DNA from: Azolla caroliniana
Taxonomy: Eukaryota > Plantae > Polypodiophyta
Direction: 5' to 3'
Assembly: GCA_043228905.1 (NCBI GenBank)
Contig: JBHGNT010000010.1
Span: 16,616,001 to 16,680,000, forward strand
Length of the DNA stretch: 64,000 nucleotides
The notes under the pieces: model-generated
What the model saw: only the letters and a program-made list of their open reading frames with translations
Database searches by the model: none
Told to the model about the DNA's origin: nothing
Made by a program: the position numbers and the translations under genes
In this document: positions 26,122 through 36,800 of the stretch, piece after piece
Layout of the letters: each line of letters begins with the position of its first letter
How positions within the stretch are numbered: position 1 is the stretch's first letter

Positions 26122-29100
26122 CTATAACAAGCTTGCAAGAGTTTGCTCCAGCCAATAACTTTCCTCCTCCTCATCATCATCATGATCCTCGGAGTGACGA
26201 TGGCGACGGTGTCGTCTTTCCTGCTCTTCTTCTGTTCTCTCTCGCTCTCCTTCTCGGCGTGTATCTCTTCTGGTCGATTTACTGGGTGGAGGAAAGATTA
26301 CCTCTTCATCCCTCCCTAACTGCTTCAAGGTCCCCTGTTCCACATTGAATGCCGAGGCAAGTACTTGTCGTGGGATACCATGATACACCGAGTTTCGGCC
26401 CGCAAGGAATGAAATCGTCGGCCTAAAAATACATAAAACATTTCTATCGATTGAATTAACCGATACAAGTGTAATCAACTTAAAAATCGGCGTAATGCAT
26501 GTTCACTGATGAATAGAACATGAATAAACCAATGTAATCAACTGAAAATCGGTGTAATGCATGTTTGATGAATAGAACAAGGTGTGAGCGATCAACCCAC
26601 AATCAAATTGGTTAAATCAAAATTCGGTAATGGTGTAATGCATGTTCACTGATGAATAGAACAAGGTGTGAGCGATCAACCCACAATCAAATTGGTTAAA
26701 TCAAAATTCGGTAATGCATTTAGGGTTTAGTGTATATGTTTTTAACTGGTGTACAAACATTGGTAAAATGTAATGCAATATTGGAAAAATCAGTGACACA
26801 ATCAAATAAACTTACCTATGCATTTATACCTGTGTAATCCATACCTGTGTAATCCTATGAGGCTGTTATGTATTTCACTGATAAATTAAGGTGTACAAAT
26901 CAAATAATCAAATAAACTTTTAAGAAGAATTTATCTATGAGACACTGATAAATTAAATCAATGTTGGAAATCAGTGACATAAAATAAAAAAACCTTGGAA
27001 GAATTTTACCTATGAGATGTTAGAAGGTCTATATACTCAAGCCCTTCGTTTCCAGCTATCTTGACCGAGGGGAAGAACTGCGGGATGACAATGGAGGAGC
27101 CCTCACGAACCTCTTCATCGAAGACTGTCCGCCCATCACCGCTAGACACTTGAATACGGCCGTTACCACGTGTCACATAGATCAATTGGTGCGCATTAGG
27201 GATGTAGGAAGGAGCAAACATGGCATTCTACAAAGAAAAACCAAAAGAACATGTGAGTAAAATCATTTAGACCGAGAATCATACGAATTTGTAGCAAATC
27301 AATCGAGCTAGGGGATTGATTTGCTATAACATTTTAGATTTTGATTTTGGACCGATGATTAATCATACTAAATTGTACCAATGATTAATCATACTAAATT
27401 GTACCAAATCAATCAAAAGCTAGGCGACTGATTCGCTTAAAAGATTTTAGATTTTTTTTTTACCTCCTCTAGCGAGATTCTGACCACGCTAAAGCCCACA
27501 TGGAGCAAGGCAGGGAACTTCTGGAAATCTATCATGTCGATGATGCCGCCCTTCTCGACGAAGAAGTCGGGCTGGTTGCGAGAGGCAGCATAGTGAATTT
27601 CGCGGAAGTATGGAACCATATCATGATGATGGCCACTGATTCTTCCAGCTTGTCTCCCTCTCATCATCATCCCTGCGTCATTATTGTCGAGGTCGCGGCC
27701 ATGTCTCTCGCGCCGCGACCTAGAATATGTGGTCTCCTCAAATGACTCCTCTCCACGAGATTGGGGGAAATGGAGAGTGCGCTGCGTACGGATTATGCTA
27801 ACCTCGCTCTGGCTCTCCAGAAGGGACCTTATGGTCTCCTTGTCCACACCCCATGCCGCGCCCAGGGCTTCATGGCTAAACCCATGGAGCAAGGATCCGA
27901 AGTGTCGCTTCTGCCCGCCCACTAGGGCGAATTGCTAGGCAAAATAGGAAACAAAAAAACACACACTATGACATGAGACAAATCAGGAAACACCAAAAGT
28001 TTTCGACATGAGACAAAACATGGAAACACCACCAACAGATTTTTGACATGAGAGACATAAGATAAAACACAATTTACAACGAATTTGCACCGTGCAATTT
28101 CATTGAGAGATTACTTAATATGAGGCGATAAAATTCTTCAAACAAATTACAGTGAATTTGCACCATAATTGAGAGATACTTATATTAAAGAGGCGACAAA
28201 AAGAATATTCTTCTTACATGGGCACGGCCGGGGTGGACACCGACACTGGTGTCGGTAGCACACAATACACGATGGACCTCATTCCCAGCATTATACCACC
28301 AGTAGATGGTGCCCTCGGGGATGGCAACCACATCTCCTTTCTTCACTTGTCGAATGTAAGGCTGAGCAGCGATCGAACCTCTCAATCCAGGGAACACAGC
28401 ACCCATGTACCCACAACCTAGGGCATAAAGACATGTTAGAATTGATAGATTACACAGACAAAAGATCTTTTGGATGTTCTAGGATGCTAGATTACAGAAG
28501 TTTTTGGATGTTAGAATGCTCGACAAAACATCTTGAAAACATGTTAAATGATGATCCTAGATGATTACACATCAAAAAATTCTTGCTAGATTACACATCA
28601 AAATTCTTTAGCAACCTTAGATGTAACATAGACTGCATTATACATTAAGATTACACATAATCAAACTCTTATATAATATAGTTCACACAAACATCTTGAG
28701 AAACATAAGAATTGCTAAACTCTTAACACATCAAACTCTCATATTTTTCTACGCAAACATCCTGAAAACAATGTTGGTTAGAATGCTAGATTACACATCA
28801 AAACTCCTTTTATTAGCCAACCTTGTGTGACATAGCCAATCTTGGGGACATCGGTATAAACCGGCAGGAGCAACCCGTTCTCTTGGAGCTCGAGCTCGCC
28901 GACCCCGATGGCCATGTTGTGGATGGCACCCACGTTCTGCGACCACATACGCATGGCACCCCCGTCCGTACGGAGGACATCATGGGGGTCACCCAAGTCT
29001 AGATTGAGCTCTTGTTGCTCCTCATGGTGGTGAGGCCGACGGCCGTGCTCATCCTCTTCGTGCTCTTCTTCTCCACGTTCGCCGCGCCTCTCCTCTCGCG

Positions 29101-29254
29101 TCTTCAAAGATTCATCCTCGCGTTCCAAATAACGTGAAGATAACGATGACTGGGACTTCCGGCCCAAGACGACCACGACCGAAGGGGATACAAGGAGGGT
29201 GACCATGGCCAAGAGAGCTAAGAAGTTCATGAAACTACAGTAGTGATGACCCAT
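26122..29254 (-). CDS. 11S globulin/legumin-like bicupin storage protein (~540 aa); exons 29254-28822, 28417-28218, 27934-27464, 27227-27010, 26422-26122
   Basis: Signal peptide; cupin 1 (NGLLLPVYTDVPKIGYVTQG, KKGDVVAIPEGTIYWWYN); cupin 2 (NAMFAPSYIPNAHQLIYVTRGNGRIQV, IPQFF, FLAGRNSV...VLASAFNV); R/E/H-rich insertions; GT-AG introns give a 1623-nt open frame. Confidence 0.9.
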
Positions 29255-29381
29255 GGTGTTTGATGTGTTAAAAAAAAAAGGACCTAGTATTTGTGATTGA
29301 TGAAAGATTTGAACTAACTACCTAGGCACTCCTTTTGTGGAACCCTACTCCATTCTATCCCAACAATATCTAACTGACTTA

Positions 29382-29528
29382 CTTATATAGGTGCTTTTAA
29401 CTCCCCCTACTCATCATTGTGTCTTTCTATTCTCAATCATCAAACTCCTTTACATGCACACCATGTACGTGCTTCCCCTTCCTTTAGCACGTGTCCCCAC
29501 CCTCCTATGCATGCCATTTTGTCACGTG
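29382..29528 (-). promoter_or_regulatory. Storage-protein promoter: TATA box plus RY and G-box/ABRE cluster
   Basis: CTATATAAG (rc 29382-29390), CATGCA 29453-29458, TACGTG 29466-29471, CACGTGTC 29488-29495, TGCATG 29508-29513, CACGTGG 29523-29529. Confidence 0.7.
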
Positions 29529-31296
29529 GATATTATTTCTCTAGATCTCTCTAGTAGCACTAGACCAAGTCTTGAATGCTTATGAATAAAACCATGTTTA
29601 CATTAAATTCCATCCTAGAATACTCCCCCTACTTTCAATACCTTGGTATAAAGTTCGTTAGGGGTATTCTTGGTAAATACCCAAACGTTATAAAATCTCA
29701 ATATGGCAACTTTACATCGAAATTCGTCTTGTCTTCCATGGTTTAGAATATGGCAACCCTCAAAAGTAATTCAACAAGATGGTGCAAAAAATGTGTTAAT
29801 GTTTCATGCAATTGCCTTTGGCAATGCCGACTCTAACATGAATATAATGGACAACGCTCCTTATAAATTAGGTCTATACTAGGAGCATCCCTAGCTTCTC
29901 TAAAGAATATATATTTCCATATTATCATACCTAACAAGATTAATAGCTTTTCTTTATCATACAAATGATTGAATTTAGATAACTTTTATTATATCATTGC
30001 TACCATTTCACATGTACTTTTATTTCCTTATTAAATTCAGGTAACTTTTATTATTTCATAGCTACCTAGAAGAACCAAGAAAATTTCACAATATACTTGG
30101 ACATAAGAATTGAGTGGTTCTTAAGTACATAATTGTTTCACGTAAAGGTTTAAGCTATTAAAAACCCATTTGGAGTAACGAGATGCATAGGCTATTTTTG
30201 TGCGCTCTAGAACACCACAAGCTAGATGATAAAAAAGCTTTCTATTGCCTTAATAATAATCATGCAGTCTTCTCTCTTTCATGTACTATATGGCTCGAGT
30301 GAATCATGGGTCATTAAATCTAACTAGTTTCGCTAGGAAATTCAAAACTCGGGTGAATTGTTTAATTGTTGATTCAACTATCAAGGATTACATATCCACA
30401 ACAAATGATTTACCTCTTTCATGCAAGATAGAATGTGTGGGATAAATATATGTTGAATTACTTTTGAGAATGGTGTCTACTATTCTATGAGAATGATAGT
30501 AGATACCAAAACGCAATTCAATTTCATCATCTGAACGAGTAAAACATTCAATGTTGTCTATGTGAAGCCAGTCAAGTAACATCACTAGTAACTACATCAA
30601 AACTTTCTCATCCTTGATGTACCAATTAATAATAGTTTATTAGCACAAAAGGATGAGTTTTTGTTTGCGATAGCCAATAGTACTAGTAGACCCAAATGCC
30701 TTCAAGAACAGTTAAGACTTCAAAGTTTTCAATATGTAGAAGGATTGACAATCATTTCTAATGTTGACACTTTCCTAAACCTTCAAAAATTTATCAATTC
30801 AATATTGATTTTATTAATGTGGTTTTCCAATGGTTATGCATTTATTCAATTCTTTGTTAGATAGTTATGTGTAAGGCTATTATGTGGATTTTCGTGAAAT
30901 CTTATAATTAAATTTTAAAGGTCATTCAAAACATATATTTGGATATTTTCATGTTGTGTATATTCGGGCCAAAAGTGTGGTTAAAACTCTCGAATTCCAA
31001 TTTATAACTATAGTTTGTGTTTCTTTCCTTCAACTTAATGATTTGTTTTTCTAGCATTTCACCATGGTGCTATGTATAATTCCACACAATATAATACTTT
31101 AACTAAAAGAAAATTTGTCCTTGTTACTAACTAGATAGTCACTGAATTTGCATATATTTGTGCTTCAAATATTTACTATCCTACTTTGTATCATGACCCA
31201 AACTTCATGAATCTCTAACTAAGTAGGCTATAGATAATATTTATTAGTTCATTCATTGGGCTAGTATGTTTGTGCATGACAAATTCTTTTAGTTTA

Positions 31297-31313
31297 CCTA
31301 CCTACCTACCTAC

Positions 31314-31352
<39 letters not shown>
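31297..31352. repeat. Compound (TACC)n(TATC)n microsatellite
   Basis: Seen directly in the sequence. Confidence 0.9.
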
Positions 31353-31353
<1 letters not shown>

Positions 31354-32879
31354 ATGTAAGTATTAGTTTTGGAGCTATGTATATGACTGAATCTATATCT
31401 TTATTTTCAAGTGTCTCAAATGCTTTATCATATATAATAACTTTGTGAATATCAAACTTCGATTAAATTCTTCTTCTAAGTTTACCACAATATGTATGTA
31501 TATATAATATATACATTGATGACAATTCCAATGAGGAAAAACTTACAATGGCTTCTGATCACAATCTAAATATTGTACTAACAATCCTTTGATTGTCCTT
31601 GATAACATTCTTGTTTGTTTGTCTAGAGATCATATACATATGTAGTCATTAATGGTGCCACTAATTTATAGAAATATATTATACCAATAATTATCCCATT
31701 TTTGACAACCAATTAATGCAATCATCATTGGACGAATTTCTTGTCAATATACTCTAGGGTGATTACTAGGACATATAGTGACCTGTACTAAAACACACAC
31801 ACACACATTATTATTTGTCTATGAAATGTTATTAAAATTAGATATGGTTTAAGGAGCATGCATGGGAATAACCATAAATCATGACAACAATATTTCTCAC
31901 ACTTTTGGAATTAATGTATCACATTCACTACACATGTCCTAATTGTAGGAATGTATATCCAGTGTTCACTCCATTAGTGATTATTCATGAGGGGACAATA
32001 ATCTTGGTTTAAAACAAATAGGTCTGATGCAAATAGTTTTAAGTCACATCACGTGTACACTTCTAGATAGATTAACAATTCTTCATATTATTGAAGGCAA
32101 TTTCTACATTGCATCAAATGGGTAAGTTGTAACTACAAAAAGTACATCAAATTCTCTACTACCATGCTTTGCAAATATTGCATAAAGTTGAGAAGTACTA
32201 CCCTAACCATAGCCACTATAGGATGTAGTTATAAATGTGATGTATTATGCTTCAGCCCTTATTGCATGAATCACTGAATTCTTTAAAATACATGACCCAA
32301 AAGAAGGTTATTGGCTTGTCACTTTTCATGAGAATAATTGGCGTATTTGGATCAACAAGTTGTTCACTTTTTAAGAATTGTCCAACCATAGTCCAAGATA
32401 TTCATGATTTATTACTGAAATAAGCCAAATTTGAAGCCATATAGCACCATCATATGCTTATTGGTAAGTGTACTAAACGTTGATGCTAAAAGTGATTGTT
32501 TCCTAATAATCCACTCCTTCAAAGTGTGGTCTTCCATTACTCAAAATTGAATTGTATTTCTTACGGCAACCATTTATCTTGTATGAGGATTTTCCACATT
32601 TAGAAGAAAAATCTTGATTGGAGAGAGAAACAAAAATTGATACATCAAATTATTATGTAAATGGTTTTGGGGTTTAACACTAAAATTGATAAACTTTGTT
32701 CTTGTTTGTCATTAGAGATGGCTAATGACTCTTAATGTTCACCAAGTTTATGTTCAAGTGTTGGAGTTGAGAGAGCACATTGGGATTATTAGAGAAACGT
32801 ATGCACTCATATTGTTGATCTTGTTCAAGGCAAAACAAACATCGTTGATGAGTCACCTACCCCAACCACACAGTATTAG

Positions 32880-33200
32880 AGGTGGTTTGGTGATCAGATG
32901 AGCAAAAAACACCTTGCAAAGAGGATAAGACATCTCGTGAGGTAGGCCGGAAGACTTGGAGTTAGCAATGGACCAATTGCAAGTTGTTCGGGTCAGGTGC
33001 AAGGGGAGCTTTGACAAGGTGCACTAAATGTGATTGAGGCAGATTGAAGAAGGAGATCGAGTGATCTTGTATGACAATAGCCTCGATAAGGAAGTCTGTG
33101 AGGCAATTGAAATTGTGACATAACACCTCGCTAAACTAGATGGGACAAAGCTAGAGGTGCAAAAACGAGAAAAAGGGCAACAATATTCAAGAGGATCAAG
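32880..33200 (+). pseudogene. Highly degenerate gypsy integrase C-terminal relic
   Basis: Fragments such as DQMSKKHLAKRIRHL, PEDLELA and IEEGDRVILYDNSLD resemble the integrase end of the element at 47637-54484. Confidence 0.55.
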
Positions 33201-34302
33201 AGAAACCTGACTTCAAGATCTTTGCAGTGAATGAAAATGACAATGAACAGGACTCAAGGACTGAGGGAAATGACCACACCATTCTTCGCACATACCAGAG
33301 GATGTGTGAGTTTGGTCGGGGGTGAATGTCGTGACGTGGTGTGTCCATGGGTAGAAAGGGAAGAAAAAAACAATAGCCATAAAAGATAATGTATACATGT
33401 AAATATGAAGACAAAAATAAAAGAATAAAAAGTCAATGGTTAAGTGGTTAAGGTTATAACATGTTCACATTCACAAGTGGACGGATTGCACATTCCACTT
33501 GTAGATTCCTTTTATAAATGTGCAAATTTACGTTATCTACAAAAACTTGATAGACCAGTATCACATGTTCAACTACCTGATTAGAATTTGCAAAATTATT
33601 AATATGTAACAGGTCTCAAAATGGAAAACATGTGGTTTTCAATACAACTTTAAAGTTGATGATCTGCAGATGCGATTGTAGTTAAATTCAAGAATAGCAC
33701 AATGGCACACTTATTTGACACAAGTTAAAGTTTCAAAACAAAGTAACTTCTATATTTGGGAAGGTTTTTGTCAAAAGGTGACGTGTTCATGTATCCACAC
33801 TATAAAAGTGAGTTAGATTCAAGAGTTTGACTTCACTATAATGGTCTATTATATAGCATTTGGTATGTAGGTTTAAGTACATTATGAGAGTGTAGATGCC
33901 AGGATTGGAAGTGAATCACACTATATATTTGTGATTAAGGTCGATGAAATCCAATCCTTAGGCGAATCTTATAAGATTGTGGACCTTAGGATAATGTTAA
34001 TGAAAAAGCAAGGATATGAAACAATGGATATTTGTGATTAAAGTTGTGACAACCACTCTCAATCAGCAATTTTTCTCCAAAATTGAACCAAACACCCACC
34101 CATACAAACCCATGAATACCCTTGATATTGTCAACGTATATGTTTAATATCATTGAAATCCAAAGGTTCGATTGGATATTATGTGCACTTAAATCCAAAA
34201 TTAGAGAGAATTGGGAAACTCTAAACCAAAAGTATACAAATAATATTAAAACACATTACATAAATAAATCTTCATATTAAAGAGTATATCGAATACAATG
34301 TT

Positions 34303-35197
34303 TCACATGGCAATCAAGTTATCTACGTCATTATCCTCATCCTCCTTTTGAGAACTCGTGTCACATATATGTGCATTAATTTATTCATCCGTTAGTCGAG
34401 CAACCATAGGGTCTTCTATAAGCTCATCATCAAGGTCAATTAGCTCCCCAGGTTCACTAGCTAAGGGAGGCATAGGCTCATGAGAGGTAGGTCGAAACCG
34501 TTTGGTATCAGCGATGTGCTTTGCACCGACCTGTTCATCTTGGTTTGGGGATTCCCACAACGCCTTTATCCTCATATTCATAAAGATCACTTGTTCCTTG
34601 TCCTTCTCCAATGCAACAGTATTTCGGAAGAGCTTTAAGGCGCACGCAAACGTAGTACCTATAATCAAAGCGACAGGAAGATTGAGTTAGCCAACCCTTA
34701 AAAAATGTTTTGATTACTTGAGCAACACCAACCCGGTTTGAAGAATACTTGTGCCAGAGAACAAGTCTAAAATCCAGTCTCCTTCATTGGAAAACATTTC
34801 AATCAAGCGCATCATAAGTCGTTGAGGTTTTTGGTATGGATTGACAAGTACCCATTCTGTCATGATGATATGTCACAATTTACGTGTAATTGCTGGATAC
34901 ACTAGCAAATTTGAACCTCCAACCTTGTTAGAGTGCTCCTTGATCCTTTGCTTCTTTATTTCGTCAAAATAACCAACTATTATGTACTCAATTGCGTTTA
35001 CGAACCGAAAAGTCGGTCCTCTATCGTGTTGGTTTTTATCCTGTCAATCACAAGTAAGTGAGTTATCAACACAATTCAATAGATATAAAGAAAGAATAAA
35101 TGTATCATGCAAGCTAATGTCGGCTATAGATAATCCTTACCAGGCAAGGTTCTCGATGCCATGGCAACAAGATCTCAACACTTGAGCCAGAGAGTAC
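34303..35197 (-). pseudogene. Spliced beta-class amino-DNA-methyltransferase (N6_N4_Mtase-like, m4C/m6A) gene remnant, C-terminal part; exons 35197-35141, 35040-34749, 34658-~34303
   Basis: Hand translation: ENLAW|IKTN...FVNAIEYIIVGY...SNLLVYP...VNPYQKPQRLMMRLIEMFSNEGDWILDLFSGT|(S)TTFACALKLFRNTVALEKDKEQVIFMNMRI. This matches the consensus HPxQKPxxLxxxLIxxxSxEGDxVLDxFxGxGTTxxAAxxLGRxxIGxExD. GT-AG introns at 35140-35041 and 34748-34659; stops at 34873-34875 and 34381-34383; a probable 1-nt frameshift near 35020. Confidence 0.75.
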
Positions 35198-36800
35198 TGT
35201 TGGAATGCGACCGTCGTGACGTAGAACAATCTCAGCAAGCTTCCAGTAAAAGATCATTAACACGTATATGCAAAGTAGATTGATGACAAGAGGCAACTGA
35301 ATCAAGAGACAAGATCAACAAGAATACAAGAAGAAGAGACAAAAAGTGTAGGCACAAGATGAACTATATTACTCAAGCTGTCAACGACACAATATACAAG
35401 ATGAACAACCTTAATACAAACTAGGTTACAAAGCCCATTATATACTAACTGGGCTAAAGCAACTGCCCTTTGACTTATTTATAGAATTGTCCTAAATCTA
35501 GTTTGTCCAATGGACAATGTCAATACGGCCATTATATACTCGTATTCAACACTCCCCCATAACGGGTGTGTACAACAAGAAATCTATAATAAAGGAACGG
35601 AAATTTAGATTTATACAACATTGTTGAACAAGTCGACTTCTGTTAGGGTCAGTTGAGTCTGAGAACAGAAGGCCGAGTTGGCCGAGGTTCGAGAAGCTGA
35701 AGCTGACTCTCGAACTATTGATGATGATTGTCCGAAATCGTTCAGAATGTCTGGCTCAATTGGACCGATTATTCGTTACACCCATCTGGTGCCGAAGGGA
35801 TCCGGATCGATCCGCCGAAAGACACTTGCTCATCGCATCTACGACATTATCGGTTGTAGGTATCTTCTCAAGGCCGATTTTCCATGAAATGATGCAGTCC
35901 TGAACAAGGTGATATCTCAAGTCGATGTGCTTCGAGGCATTGTGCTGAACCAGATTTTTCAATAGAGCGATAGTGCCTTGATTGTCACTATAGACAATTG
36001 GAGCCGAGTCGGATTCGAATTCGGATGCTAGTCGACCGAGCCATAAAGCTTCTTTCGTCGCGTTCGAAGTGGCTACATATTCAGCCTCAGTTGTTAATGT
36101 AGGAGTGCACTCCTGGAGTTTTGATTTCCATGAGATCGCTCTATTGCTGAATTTGAAGCAATATCCGGTTGTCAATTTTCGAATGTCCACATAGCCGTCA
36201 AAGTTCGAGTCGGTGTATCCGACTACGCCTGAAGTATCATTCGAACCGAATAGGATGCCATGGTCTTTTGTGCCCACCAGGTATCTAAACACATGCTTAA
36301 CTACATTCCAATGCGATCGGCCAGGATTGTGCATAAATCTGCTGATGACTCCGATGACGTGAGCAATGTCAGGCCATGTCGCAACCATCGTGTACATCAA
36401 GGAGCCGTTTGTTGGTGCATACAGTGCTAGTGCTCATCGCTCTTTGAGAAGCCGACCCATTGGATGAAGTCGTCAAACTTTTTATACCACTGCCGCAATG
36501 CTTGTTTCAGACCGTAAGGACTCTTCCTGAGTCGGCAAACTAGATGTTCATAGACGGATACCACAAAGCCTTTCGGTTGCTCTAGATAAACTTCCTCCTC
36601 AAGTCACCATGGAAGAATGCCATTTTTACATCTAGCTGAATCAGCTCCAAGTGTTTGGTTGCCACTACGCCGAGCAGATATCGAAGGGTCTTCATTTTCA
36701 CCACTGGTGAGAAGATCTCGTCGAAGTCGATGCCATATTCCTGTCGGAAACCCTTCGTGACTGATATGGCCTTAAATTTTGGGGTGGCCGAATCATACGT
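35198..36800 (-). mobile_element. 3' part of a Ty1/copia element (3' LTR 35198-35551, PPT 35552-35558, degenerate RT/RNase H), cut at 36800 by a gypsy-type LTR
   Basis: LTR TG...CA with the PPT inside it; RNase H ORF 35756-36400 (YTDS, TEAEY, KHIDLRYH); RT motifs GIDFDEIFSPVVK and QLDVK at 36600-36790. Confidence 0.88.

Noticed and set aside
30300-32700. Possible degenerate DDE transposase remnants
   Set aside because: Only faint motif echoes with many stops; no family or boundaries could be assigned.
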